Shown: positions 21,794-35,800, counted from the stretch's first letter. The stretch is DNA of 64,000 nucleotides from Cyanophora paradoxa CCMP329 (GCA_004431415.1 QPMI01000577.1:1-64000), one strand, 5' to 3'. Program-made: numbers and translations. The notes: a model not told the origin generated them from the letters alone.

Positions 21794-24700
21794 TTAAAGG
21801 GAGGCATCGTCGAAGGCCTCCTGGGCGGCCGCCCAGCCCGCCTCCTCTGCGGCCGCATTCTCAATCGACTCGAGGACCTGCGCGCCCGCCGGCCGCGGGT
21901 TCAGTCGAGCGCCGAGCTCAAGCATTTGTATATACATCATTTTATATTTATTGGCCACAGCCGCTGCGCTCACCTCGTCGTCGAAGGGCGCGCCGCCGTC
22001 CTCCTGGTTAGCGGACTGGCCATGGCCGATCGCGCCGGACTGCGGCAGCAGGTTCCGCAGCAGGCTCTTCTCGGTCGGTGGGACCGAGATGCTGTCGCCC
22101 CCGGTCACTTCCGGAGGGCCGTCCGTAGAGATGTCCAGCGAATCCGCAATGACGGTGGCGAGATCGACCGTCTCCGACCCCTCGGTGCCCGCGATCTCGG
22201 GCTCGGCGTCGCCGATGTGCTCGATCCCGTCGCTCTCGTCGTCGTCCCCGCTGTCCGCGTTCTCCGTCTCCTCGCCGGCCACCTCGTACACCTTCACCTT
22301 GACCGGAACGGTTATGACCTTGTCGCCCTTGTTCGGTCCAAAGACGCCGTTGGTCGGGTCAAAGTTCGGGCCGTCGATGGTGGTCGTCCTCTCGGTGGAA
22401 ATGACGACCTGCTTGATCGGGACGATCTCGAAGCCGGACGTGACCCCGTCTTGCCTGCGCACAGACGGTTACTGACAATAGCATGAATATGCTTAGCAAC
22501 ACTGCCGATTCGGATCGCCCATGCCGCGCGGCACGCACCACGGGAGGGCGCGGGTGATGCCGTCGGCGCCCGTCGTGTACACGAGGTCGGGCTCGTCGCC
22601 TGCGCGCAAGGCACGTGCGCGTGAGCCCCGGATCCGTGTGAAAGCACGTCGAGAGGGCGGAGCCTTCGAATTCGCACCGGCGTGGATGGCGACGACCGCG
22701 TTGCCGTCGTTCTCGCCCAGGTAGCTGAACTTCACCTGCTGGTCCTTCGCGCCCATCTGCGCATGCACGCCGGAGAAATCATTATCATGATCAGCGACAT
22801 TCGAAACAATGCTCAGCGAGCTCTTGGTTAATATTTATCCTATGAATCGTGAAATGTATTTCTAAATACAATGTGCGCGTTCCTAGATACAGATCGCACG
22901 GATACGTAGACATAGGGATAATTGTGAAGAGAAGGACGCACCGACGCGTTCCAGGCCTGGATCTTGTTGTGCTTCGCCGTGTCCTCGTTGCCGGGCGTGT
23001 CGACGAAGAGCTTCTTGTCGTCGACCTTCAGCTTGAGCAGGTTCGTCTCGTCCCCGTTCTTCGTGGCCCGCGTCTCCCACACGGTGAGCTCTGGAGCCAG
23101 GGTTGTGAGTGAGCCTGTCAGCGCGTGATAGAGATACCAGGGAGACTAGAGTTCAAAGCGCACTCCCGTTCGGGTTGCAGCTCTTCTGGACGAGCGGGGC
23201 GCGCAGATTTCCGGACTTGAAGGCAAGGCAGTTGCCAGTCGATGTCTGCAAAACCGTTCGGCTCAGTCAGCACCGCGAGCCCCATCGTTACCGGCCCGTA
23301 CAACTCGCGCACGTCCTTGAGCATGAAGAGGCCCTTCGGCATGTACGACTTGCCGACGAGGCTGGGGTCGCCAGCGTTGTCACCGGATACCTAAACACGC
23401 GCCGCGCGGCGCACAACAGTTAAAACGCTTGAATCAGTGCCGGTGACGATGATTTCTACATCGAGCAGAGGGCCTTCGTCAGCGATGCGCTTAAGCTTGA
23501 AATTGTCCTGAGCTTAGGATGCAATTGATTTATCCTAGGTCTGTGCAGTTTGTATATCTATCGGCGAGCTCACGTCATTGGTGAAATTCGCATCTTGGCC
23601 TTCGTCGTCGAACCCGATGGTGACATCCGTAGCAATCTGCGCAGTCGGTTCACTCAATACCAACTTCAGCAACTCCGCCTCTTCCCGCGACCCACCTTCG
23701 AACCGTCCTCACGAAGGAGCACAAGGTTCGCAGGCTTGACCGGTCCCTGGAGCGCACGCGTCTCCCTGATTCGCGAATTCAAAGGGTCCGTTAGCAAACA
23801 GTGCGAAATAAAATCAAAGCTCGAAATTAAAGAGGCTCCCCGGCATCTAATCAAAAGCAATGCAAATCGAATGCAATGATTGGGTTTTTGCATACGCACC
23901 CGACGACGACGCCGAGGTCCTCGGTCTGGACGCTCGTCTCCTTGAAGTCCTCCATCTCCGAAGACTCGTCCCGCTGCGTGTTGGCCGTTGAGCCGCACTC
24001 GAACTCCACGCCCGAGCTCCCCTCGACCTGGACCGAAGCAGCGCGTACGCGTAAGGCTTCGATGGCGCCATCGCAGCACGTGTACAAAGCAATCGAGTCG
24101 CGAATCGCGGACCTCGCTGCCGGGCACGACGGGGCCCGTCTCGGTCAGGGCGGGGTTGGCTTCGCCCTCGTACACGGCCGTCTCCTGCGGATCGGGGAGG
24201 CGCAGCGCGCCGCTCGGTCAGATCACAATTGAAGCTTTAAGTATGGATCCGGGCATTTCTAGCTCCGATAATCTATGTGTTGAGGTAATTGCAAGAGAAG
24301 TGCGCACCGGGCCGCTGGGCCCGCTCTCCCCCACCGTCAGCTTGACGTAGCTGCGCTCGGGCTTGCCGTCAGGGAGCCAGCTTCTAAAGCTAGGAGCGCC
24401 GAACCCGGGAGCATCGCGCGCACGTGTCGATGTGGCCGACCTCCTTGCCAGGGATCAGGTTGAAGCCCACGACCTCCGCCTCCGAGGGGATCTGCCGCAG
24501 CGAAATCGATGTCAATAACTTGGTAAATGGCGCGGACGCTGGTGTCGTGCAGAGGGGCATGCGCATGTAATGACCGCGACCGCAGTAACGCACGGTGTAG
24601 CTGACGCTTCCGGAGATCTTGCCGGGCTGCTGGAAGGCCTTGGTGCCGGAGATGGTGTAGGTCTTCTGCCAGTCGGCGGGGAGCGTGTCGATGTAGTCGA

Positions 24701-27067
24701 TGCGGTAGCCCTGCGACATCGTCGTCTTGAAGTCGTTCACGCGGTCGATCGGCTCCTCTGCGCGCAGCCTCAAACTCTCAGCAAGTGGCCGCGGGGCACT
24801 CTTGAATGTGCGCCGCACGCACCCTCCACAGCATTGAAGGGCCGCCCGAGGAGCTCCTGAACCTTGAGCTATGATTCTCGTTGTTAGTTCGGAATTCGAT
24901 GCAGAGAGACGGCCAGCGGACGAAAGTGGATAGCAATTCGTATTTATATTTCTCACCAGAACGGGCGCAGGAAGCTCGGAAGCATCGAGGACCTTGTCGT
25001 CCAGGTGCAAAGGCACCCTGATTTAGATCGAAATCGTCAGGACGCATTCACGACTCACACCAGCTCTAAAGGTAGTGCATGCGCATTTGAATTGTTTAAT
25101 ATTATATGATTATGCTCACGTGACGGCGTCATTGAACTCGGCGGGAGACAGCGTGGCGGACGCCTGCGTGCTGAGCTGGCCTGTCTGGTAGTTGTAGTAC
25201 CCCTTGCCGCCTGCTCGCGAGTCTAAGCAGCTGTGATATGGATTACAGGGCGCAGGCGTCGCACCGACGGCGGTCTTGATGGTCGAGTCCGGGATCGTCT
25301 CACCGAGCACGGGCTCGCCGCTGGGCGAGAAAGCGCCGTCTGCGGTTGTCGGCGTCTGCACGTAGAGCCACGAGAAGTAAGGAATTGGGGAATTCGAAGG
25401 GCTTCGCGATCGTGCCCAGGCGCACGCTGAACAGCGGGTTGACGACGTCGGTCGGGACCGACTTGGGGAGGAAGACGTGCTCGACCTCGCCTGCGCACAG
25501 TCGAGTTAGGTCGCCAGCTTGATCGCATACATGCACGCCTTTGGTTCAAATCGGCCATCTAGAATTACACTCGAGGAAAGCCCCGCGGCCGCTCACCGTA
25601 CTGGAACTTCTCGGGCACCACCTGCACCCGCGTCTCGACCTTGCCTGCATTTCAAAAGCGCGCCGGCGCGCGTCACGGCGTGAGCCGAGCTGGCGGAAGT
25701 TCGTTCCACCGCGCCCCGCCTTAGAGCTGCGCAGACCTGTCTGGAAGCCCGGGCGCTGAACAGTGTCGGTGCCCTTCTCCGTGACGCTGCGCAGCAGGCT
25801 GCGTGAGGGGCGCAGCTGCAGAGTCTTTCGAAGAGGCCGGCCTGCGGATTCATTTATATGTAAAACCTATCTGGGTGCGCACGTCTGGGTGTAGTTAATC
25901 TGCGCGGAAACGCGATCCGATGATCGCGAGTGAGCCCATTAAAATCGTGCTCAAATTACACCGAAGGCTCGAACCTGGCCGGTGCGGACGGCGGCCTGGT
26001 CGAAACTGCCTGTCCCCTTCACCTACGCAGGCATACATGCATGAGCTAATGCCCTGAGATGCTGCCTGAGAGATTTCGCGCACGATGTTCTCGCCGGTCT
26101 TCAGGACCCGCTCGACGAAAGTCACGTCGCGCTCATAGACCGTCTGCGCGCCCGGTAACAGTCATAAGTAATTATGCGATTACAATTGATGCATTACGTC
26201 CCCGCGTGCACGTGCGGGCACCGAGTTGATGGGCGAGCCGAGCTCGGAGAAGACATCGCCGGAGAGATCGGCGTTGTCGTCGGCGGAGAGCTTGGCGTCG
26301 TCGAGCCGTTCCAGCTGCGATGCGAAATTCACGCGCCAGCTAGCTCCCAAATATCCGGTCACGCGGACCTCTTTCTGCAACTGCTGCTCATGCTCGGATT
26401 CCCACTGGTCACGAATCTCCTTAAGCAACTGCAATGGGGTATCAGATTGTCCTTCCGCAGATTAGCTAAAGAGCTGGCACGATTTAGAGCAGCGGACCTC
26501 CTTCTTCGCCTGATTCTTGGCTACATTCCTGTCAAAACGCGCCTTTTCTTCCTGCGGTGCAGATATCCATAATTATAACAAGATCTAGAAATTCTTCTGC
26601 CGCGCCCGAAGGGCGGCGAACCGGAGACATCGGGCGAGACCCCGTGCTGGGGACCGTCTTGAAGCCTTTGAAGATGCCCGATTTTCCGAGAGCGGTTCTT
26701 GTCGACGTAGGCTTGGAAGAGCTCGTCGAGGAGTGACCCTGGGGGAGCTCGCGGGCGTCAGCGCCCGGCGGCCGGCACGGTTTTATGCGCAGGGGCGCAC
26801 CGTGGGCTTGGCCTGGGACGTCAGGTACTCATACAACCCGTGGTTAAATTCTTCAGCCTGATCCATTTCGTCCTTCATCCGCGCAGCGTCCTCAGAGGAG
26901 ATTAATCCGGATTCGACTTCCGACTGCATGAGATCCCGTTTCTCGATATCGGTTTGAAAGTTTCGCTCCATGATCTTGATGAAGTTGTCCTTGGCCCGGG
27001 GGTCAGGATCGCTGCCCAAATCGGACGCGTACTGTTGATAGGTGTGCAGGTGCTTCTCCGGAATCAT
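21794..27067 (-). CDS. Large multi-exon hypothetical protein, with apparent frameshifts
   Basis: Chain of coding-like exons (MIPEKHLH..., IDYIDTLPADWQKTY, LKVDDKKLFVDTPG, acidic C-terminus) separated by short introns; apparent +1 indels at ~26683 and ~25380; no family recognised. Confidence 0.6.
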
Positions 27068-27453
27068 CTCGGCGAACTATTCGTGGTGTTCACGCTCTGC
27101 ACGCGCGGGGTCACTCGACAGTCTTGACTGAGGCACGCGTACGGATGGGCGGCCGCGGCCGCCGAGCCATTCCGCGGCGGTCGCGCGCAGCGCGCTAGCG
27201 GGCCCCGGATTCCGCGCACCTGTATACGCAGCTGCCGCACGACTCCGCGGCGGCACGAGTACTACGTATACGTAGCGCTTGTCGAGAACAGACGAGCGTC
27301 CTCGGCCGACGGTCTCTCGAGAACGCCCGAGATCTAGAAGGCCGCCGGGCTATCGCTACTGTACTGCGTATACCCTACTACTAGGCTACTAGCCACCCTA
27401 CTGTAGCGGTCCTACTAGCGGAAGCTCAAGCCACCCTAGTGACCCTACTACTA

Positions 27454-27730
27454 CCGTGTGGCACTAAATTACTGCGGCATAAATTACCGGGCTAGAAACT
27501 CCGGCCCGAGGCCTAGGGTGGCCAAAATACCGCGGTACCATGCAAATTATCGCGTTTAAAAATACTCGAGGCTTGTCTATGGGGTGGCAATTCTTGGGGT
27601 ACTGTATATGAGGTGACTCAGGAGAGAATTACAGCGGTACCAAATTATAATTACCGCGTTTTAACAAATTCTCGACGCGGTAATTTGGTACCGCGGTAAT
27701 TAAGTGAGCGCGGTATTATAGTGCCCGCGG
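27454..27730. mobile_element. MITE family A, copy 1 (degenerate)
   Basis: TA|ccgtgtggcactaaatta...cgcggtattatagtgcccgcgg imperfect TIRs; internal aaattaccgcg repeats; homologous to 40382-40643. Confidence 0.7.
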
Positions 27731-28189
27731 CCACACGAGCTACAGGCTACTTACTAGACCCTAGCCTACCAGTACTTAGTAGGGCAGCCCGAATCATCCG
27801 AATTCGAATGATCCGATATCGATATCGATGATTTCGACCTCGAGCTCTTTCCTGCCTCTTTCTTGGCTCTTTCCTGCCTTTTTTGGTTCTGTAACGGGCC
27901 CGTCGGAAAAACAAAGAAAACAGTCGAGAAAGAGCCTGAAAGCTTTGTAGATGTTCATGAAGATTCGGAAATGTTTTTTTAAAAAAAAACTTCGAGAACT
28001 TCGGAATTGCCTAGCTGCCCTAGCATATGCATGCGCAAGTTGAAACTTGAAACTTGAAGCTAGTACTTGTGAAGTCAAGTAGTATACGTATATCGTAGTA
28101 CGTAGTTGAACTCGGAAGAGCCGAAACAGAAAAGACTTAATTCATATTATGATAATTAGTAAGCTTTGAACTTCGGAAGCTGACATGTA

Positions 28190-28375
28190 CAGACAATGAC
28201 AGTGCAGTCTACTAGTCCAGTACTAGTGCAGGTTTCTACTATAGCTACTCGCAGACTCGCAGTCTAGCACTACTAGTATATATAGTAGTTTTAGGTAGAG
28301 CAGTCTACTACTACTACTACTACTACTACTGGTATAGCAGTCTAGCACTAGTAGCTGCACTACTAGGTATACGTA
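28190..28375. repeat. Low-complexity (CTA)/TACTAG region
   Basis: (cta)n run at ~28305-28330 and repeated ctagta motifs. Confidence 0.7.
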
Positions 28376-28999
28376 GAAACCGGCGCGGGCCGTTTCAGGA
28401 ATCAGGACTCGGGGACGTCGACGTCGGCGTCTTAGGCCCGAAACAAGACTCTTGAGTCTCTGAGAGAACGCCCGTGTCTCTGATGAGAGAACGTTAACGC
28501 CGTGACGTTAACTTCGTCACTTTCACTGAGTCATGATGTGCGCATGCGTCACGGCGTCACATGATGCGTCGACTCTGCAGTCGTAAACTTTGCATACGTC
28601 GACGATCTGCATTGACTCTGCAAATTAAAAAAGACTGCAATCACCGCCGGGCCGCGTCCCTCCCCCTCGGAGCGGCGGAGGCCTCACTGCCACTGAGTCA
28701 GGGCTCCCAATTAATATATATATATTGCAAGGCCCAGCCTTCCATGCCAGGGCCCAGCTTCTCACCCCGCAGTGGGCCCGCACTGCGTTGCGCGGGGCCC
28801 CGTTCCCGCATCCGGCAGCTAAAAAGTTTTAATTTTCAAAGTCTGAAGACTGTAACGTGCGCAGCTCAGAATGCGGCGGGGCCCCGTGCGCACGTCACGG
28901 CGTGCCCCGCTGCGTTGGCCTAAGAAGACGGAGAACGTTCACTGCCATGCAATCTGCTCTAGATCTCTCAGCGTCTGCTGCCCTCGGCCTCGCCCGGCC

Positions 29000-31900
29000 T
29001 CAGAAGAGGGAGAAGAGGCAGAGGGACTCGTCGAGGGCCATCAGCGTGTTCTCCAGCCGGTCGCACGCCTTCAGCGCCTGCAGACGGGGCTGCGATCAGA
29101 GGCGGGGCGGGGCGGGGCGGGGCGGGGCGGGGCGTGGAAGGCCGGCCGCGCCTGCTGCTGCATCTCCGCGACGGTCCGCTCGCCGTCAGCGCCGGCGGCG
29201 CCCGCCTTCTCCTTGTCGCCCGCCCCCGCCTTGGCCGCGCCGCCCGCCTCCCCGCCCTCGAGCTCGTCCCCGCCGCCGCGGCGCCGCCCTCCTCCTCCCC
29301 GCCCCGCCGCCGCGCCCCGGCGGCCCCGCCGACGGCGGCGGCGGCGCCGTTGCCGTTGCCGCCGTTGCCGGAGCCGCGGAGGAGCTGGTCGCGGCGGGCG
29401 ACCTCGGCGAGGAGCCGGCGCCGCACGTTGAAGCACGCGCGGTAGAGCTGCGCGGGGGTTGGGGGCGAGGCGAGGTCAGCAGCGGCGGCGGCGGCGCTGG
29501 CGCTGGCTGCCTTCCTCCCCTTTCGTGCTAGCGGGCGAGCCTCTAGGATAGCCGTAGAGATGGAGGGCGGCGGAGGAGGGGGGAGCCGCCCCCGCCCCCG
29601 CCCCCTGCCTCCTTCCTCGCCCCAGACCCTTCTCTTCCACACCCCCCCCCTCCCACCCCCACCCCCCCCCCCCCCCCCCGCCCCCCCACGCCTAAGATAC
29701 GATGGCGGACCTGGTCGACGAGGCGGGCGAGGAGGCGGGGGAGGTTGACGGCCCACAGGTAGAACGTCCGCTGCGGGTTGTGGTCCTGGCCCCGCGGCAC
29801 CTCCTGCGCACCCCGTGAGCGACCGCCCGATTTCGAAGCGGGGCGCGGCAACGCGGGCTTTCTAGAGGTCTTTGGAGGTCGCTAGAGTAGCAGGTATTTT
29901 CGCTTTCGCTTCGCTCTGGAGGTCTCGGCGGTTCTTCTAAATATTTGTGGGGCGGGGCAGCGCGGGCCTGGAGGTAGAGGAAGTGGGCGGCGAGCATGCG
30001 GTGGAGGTGCTCCCGCGCCTCCTTCACCGGGATCATCGCCAGCTCCCCCACCTGCACCAAGCTTAGGCCTAGGCCGGCGAGCTCGCGGCGGGGGTGGGGC
30101 GGGGGCGGCCGGGGCGCTGGATGGTAGGGCGGAATGGATGGCCTAGGGATGGTCTAGGGATGGGATCATCGCCAGCTCCCCCACCTGCCCGGCCCGGAGC
30201 GGAGCAGGGCAGAGCGGAGCGGGGTCAGAGGGACGAAGCAAAAGGTGGGCACGGTGGGGAGGATGGACTAGGCGTGCCGCCGCATAGTTACCGGGGCCCT
30301 TCGAACCGCGGGCGGGCTAGCGGGGGGGGGGGGGGGGGGGGGGGCGGCGGGGCGGGCGGGGCGGGGCGGGGCGGGGCGGGGCGGGGCGGGGCGGGCGCGC
30401 CTGCTTCTCCTCGAGCTGCGTCTTGGCCAGGAGCAGCCGGAAGACGCGCGCCGGCATCTCCCCGAACCTGCGCGCAGGGGTACATGAGGTTAGGCATGGG
30501 GGTAGGAGCACGGGCAGGGGGGCCGCTCACCGCTCGCTGACGATCGCCTCGACGGTCTTCCGTTTGACCAAATCCTGCGGGGGAACCGTTTGTCCGGGCG
30601 GGTACGCGGTGCGGTGCGGAGGGGGGTACAGGCTCACCAGCGCGGCCCGCAGGTTAAGCGTGTAAGCGCCACCGCCCGTCTCGCCGTGCTTCTGCGGGGG
30701 GTTTGAGGGGAGGGGGGTAGGCTGATGCTAAGGGGGTACGGGGCCCACCGTCGCAATGCCGGTCGTGTCCTTGCAGAGAAGCTCCATGTAGTCTCCCAGC
30801 TAAGGGGGGGGGGTACGAAGCTGTGAGCTCCGAGGAGGAAGGAGGGTGGGGGGGCGGAGGAGGCGGGGGTACCTTGTTCTTGTTGACGTTCAGGTCGATG
30901 GGGAGGGAGGGGTGGACCTGATCCACATAGAATACGCCTGCGGGGTACAGGTTTCAAAAAGGATGCGCCGAGACGGGGGAAAGGGGGATACGGCGCACAT
31001 GTGGTGGGATCGCAGCGTGTCTTCTCGAAGGGGGCGGTAACCAGCAGGACGCTCTGAGACGAAGTCAGGGAAGCGGGTAATGCGATACGAGAAGGCGAGG
31101 GAGGGGGTACGCAAACCCGCACGATCGTGGCGGCGGTCGGGTTGTACTTCTCTGAGACGAGACGGACAACGGCCTGCGGGGGGTACCAGGTCGGGTCGGG
31201 TAGCGGGTGAGGGGGTACAGGGCGATTCGTGCCTCGTGGCGGAAGACGCGGACGATCTGAGGGGCGGGCGGGGGGGGGGGGGGGGTGGGCGGAGAACGGC
31301 GTCGGTCCGCGGGCTGCGGGAAGGGAGGGGCCCGGGTACGGGCCCGCACCTGGTCGTAGTTGACCCGCCAGAGGATCTCGCCTCCTGTACCCGGAAGAAA
31401 GGAATGAGATGGGCGGCGGTGCGGGCGGGGCGCGGGCGGGCGCACGGGAGTGGAGCCGGCGGGGGCGCCGGGGCCGCCGCTGGAGGGGCCGGGGCCGCAG
31501 GGCCGTCGCCCGAGGCCGCGCCCGCCGGCGCGGCCAGCGCATCCTTGCCCCGCCGCGGCTTCTGCGGCCGCCGGTTTCAGGGGCCCAGGGAGGGGGTACA
31601 CGCAGCGCGCCGGTCTCGGAAAGGGGGGGGGGGGGGGGGGCGGGGAGGAGCGCGCCTTGGCGGCCCGGGACGAGGCGCTGGCGGCGTCGGCGGCGGTGCG
31701 CTGGATCATCTCGAGCTCCAGCGCCACAGCCACGCTGGCCGGCTCGGCGGCCGCGCCGAAGGAAAGGCCGCCCGCCCGCCCGCCGCACCCTCCAGCGACA
31801 TCGGGGTGCCGGCGTCCGCACCCTTCTTCCGCTTGCGCGCCGCCGCCCCGCCCGCTGAGGGCGGCGTGGGGGGTACGGGCGCCACGGCGCTCCGTCCCGA

Positions 31901-32290
31901 CGCGGCGGCCCTGGGGACGGGGGAGGGAATGAGCCGCAGAAAGGCAGAGGGGTACGCCGAGCGCACCGCTCGACGGCCGCGGCGGCGTTCGCCGCAGCGG
32001 ATTGCTTCTTGGAGCTGCGGGGCCGCGCCTCGAACGCGGGGCGGGATGGGCGGGGGGTACGGCGCCTCACCGCTCGGCCAGCATGGCGGCGATGGAGGGG
32101 GGTAGGATGAAGCGGTTGCTGAGGTAGGAGGAGACGGCGCTGTACTGGGGATCCTCTGCAGGGGTACGCCGTCAGTGGGTGCATGCAGGCGGGACGAGGG
32201 CAAGGGGTATGTACCGGAGGGAACCGGGGCGGGGGATACGGGGGATACGGGGAGGCCGAGGGGGGGTACGCGTTCGATGTTCCCGTGCAT
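29000..32290 (-). pseudogene. RPC3: 5'-truncated duplicate of RNA polymerase III subunit RPC3 (pseudogene or truncated paralogue)
   Basis: Exons match 41921-45243 (WRVNYDQ, RFGEMPARVFRLLL, VGELAMIPVKEAREHL, EVPRGQDHNPQRTFYLWAVN, LDESLCLFSLF*); homology stops at ~32280. Confidence 0.8.
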
Positions 32291-32852
32291 ACCGGCGTAT
32301 GCTACTGTTTATGTAGAAGTACGTGTAATTATATAATTATATATATAATTCGAATTCGTTTCTGTATCCGACTTCGAATTCCTATTGCTTTATTTCGTAC
32401 GATCCGGCCGCCGACTTGTCGCTGGACAAGTATCTAGTATTAATCTCTTAAACAGTGTTAACACACACTGAGATTGCGATTGCGTTTCAGATCGATATCA
32501 CTCCAATTTATGATAGAAGCTCGAGGCAGAGAGGAAGGGCCTTATATTATTAAAGGTCTTTGAGACTCTTTGAGAAACTGGCGACAACGAAATCCGAAGG
32601 CCCTGCGGCTGAGGTTAGCTATAGCTATAGCTAGACGGGTTTGTCGCATGCAGTGTCGCAATTTGTGCAGTATTCAGAAATGCACACAGTGTCGGAAATT
32701 CTTCAGCAATTCGGACTCAGTGACTCTTTAAAAAAAGCTTCAGATATTTGGATATCGATTCTTTAGTAATCGCATATATATGTCACGGTATGCTTGCTGA
32801 AACTTGAATCTGAGCTCGCGTCGCTCCTGATGCTGCAACTAGCAATTGGGGG

Positions 32853-35800
32853 TCAACTGCAAGATCCGCGCTCGAGGTCCAGGGGCAGTACAGATCCGCT
32901 ACAGACGCAGCAGTGACGTTTGTAGGGGTCTGCGAAGATACAGCCGTTCAGCCGACTGAGAATGAAGATGTATGCGGAAAATTTGCGAGCCAGAAGAACG
33001 AGCGTAGACGAAGGATGACGGGGGCTATGGCCGAGAGGCGGCGCCGAGAAGATTGCGCGACGAGAGCGCAGAGCACGAACACCGCCATAGCAGCCCGCCA
33101 AGGCTGCGCTGATGGCCGCGAGCTGGAGCCCGATGCACGGGCCCAAAGGGGCGGCGATGAGCATGGGCATTCCGATATATTTCCCTGTCGCTGCGAGGAC
33201 GAGCACCAGAACCGCTGCAGATTGGCAGATACACACTGCGTGCAGACCGAACGAAGCAGATAATAAAGCGGGCCCGAGTCTTCTGCTCCTGTAGGCATGT
33301 ACAAAGAGGCAGCAGCCGATAAACGAAACAAGAGCTCCGGCGATTTCCACTATGAACGCAGCCAAGAACGCAAATGCTAGCTCGCACAGTTGGCTGCGAA
33401 TGTCTTTATTCCTGAACGATTTCGCATCATTGCACATATCCATCCACAGTCTGCTCTCCGATGGAGCGTATGTTCGCAAGAGATCCGCTCGGTAAGGGGA
33501 AGAAGGGTCGTTGGCTCCGAGCCCAGTCCACATTGGGAGGCCCGCGGCGAGAGCCGCGAAGCAGGTTTCGGCCAGGAAAAGTCCCGCGTGGCATGCGCTA
33601 AGCCACCTCGCTCGCATATCCACGGATCCGGAAGGTGCTACATCGACACCGCTGTATCTGTGCATCGTGCTAAAGGAAGCGATCCCGCATATCGCAATGG
33701 GCAGAACGATCACGAGCGACGACTTCAGCGCAAGAATGCCGGCTTCCGACCACGCAATCAGGGATGATGCTGACGGCTGTATAGGTACACGTGCAGACTC
33801 GGATGGCCAGTCGCGATTGTTCGAGGGCTGGCCCAAGAACACTTTCGACATGCTGAAGTCGTTTTCGAGAACGGGCTGCGGCTGAACGGCGAAAAACGCG
33901 GAGCAATCGATATCCTTGTGAACATTGAGGGTTCTGCGATATCGCCTTCGAAATTCGTGTGAGCTCGCGTTGCGATTGCTCATATATAGCCAACAGACAC
34001 CAGCTTCGCACCCGCAGATTTTGTCATACTGACTTGCATTTAACGAGAATTCGAAAAAAGTCCCTTCAAAGTCGGAGGCGATCTGTATACAGAGTTGTAC
34101 GCGTTATAGATTGGCGTCGACGAAAGTCTTTGCGACTATTTTGGTATGAATTATTGATATAATTACCTCTGCACAGAATCGAGGTTGAAGAGCCGCAGAA
34201 CGGCATAAATACAAATTCACTATCGCATTAAGATCCCAGGCGATAATGCAGCGATCGTGACAACTCGTTGAGGATGCGGTGGAGTTAATGGTTACCGTGG
34301 TCTTGAAAATGTCTACCTGCTGGGCATCGGAAGCGCTGAGATCCGTCGACGTCCTAAATCTTGAAAACAGCGTAACAACGTGTTTGCAAGGACTATATAT
34401 ATGCACGTGAAGGATATAAATATATCAGCACGCGCCGCAAAAGAAGAACGGGGGGCTTACTATTTCAAAGTGCATTCTGGAAGACTGCTTCGCAGTTGCA
34501 AAGCGTTCAGCTCGAAGGTATCATTATTTAAGCCGGTTATCTGTATCGCAATTAATATTGGAGATTAAAGCTTAAGTTAAGTAAGGATTTAACATCCATA
34601 TGTATATATTGCAATTGAGCTAACGGGGACATAATCACGATGTGCGTACGGAATAAGACTTCGGAACGAAGGTGCGAAGATGTTGACACTCTTGTGGCGT
34701 TGTGATTGCAGTGAGGTCAAGCTTAAGGTTGGGACACAATGCCAAATCAATTTTTGATGACGAGCCGAGTCGTATTTTCACCGACTCGCTCAATACGCGC
34801 GTCGGGTCTACAATCCAGTTTACGGTGCAATTGATGGGAGACATTTGCGAGGAGCAGGAAGAATTTTCAATCTTCACGGGAAGCACTTCAATCGAGATCA
34901 TAATCCTTCGGATTGCGTAGACCAATATCGGTTCAGCAGCGTCTTCCAGTATGGCTCTCGCATTTGCTGTTTGATTTGTTGCCTGCAGCTGTCCAAGTGG
35001 TCGACGTTGAGGCTCTACAACAAGTGCGGCTTCACATCCGATCGACTCGCGCCTGTTGCTACTGTTCAATGCAGTTTCCCGAAAAATACTTGAAGACCAC
35101 TCACCCACAAATCTTCACCACTGATTCAGGTTGAACGCTATAAGACACGTTCTGCTGCGCGAACTGGCGTGCAACCTGATGGAGGCGTTACGCGGCATTA
35201 CTTTGGAATTCAATATTCAGATGCACCGCAACACAGAGTGACGCTTTCACGGTATTAGTGAATAAGAAAGGAGACCTATGCAAGGTGCACAGGAAAACGG
35301 AATATGACGGGTAGTCTAAGCCAATCCAGGACACTGAGCAGCTACGGGCTCCAAAGGAGCAAGAGCTCCCTGAATACGCATTTGTGGATGAAAAAACGAT
35401 TTCCTCGGATCGGAGTTCAAGAGTTCGTGAGGAGAATAGGCCCCGCAGGTGCGATTTAACAATCAACAACCCTGTGCAAGAAATCTTTCCTTCCCTGAGA
35501 GGCTCAGTTACTCAAAAAAAGAACGTCAGCTATGTGCACTGTGAATTTTATGTTATGCGTACCCGCACAGCTCGTACACCTTCGCTTGAGTGAGCTTCAA
35601 GCTCCACTGGTTTGTCGACTCGTTGCCTGGAGACGAAAGGCCCCGCGCAATGGTGCTACATTCTTCTGGAAGCGCCAATCGCGAGCTTTTGCAGAAGGCG
35701 ATGTCGTAACGCAGATATGATCCGATCCACAGAACATGGCATAGGCTTCCGGACGTGGAAGAGCAGTTCGAGGACGACGAAGGCAGGATTTCGATGTATG

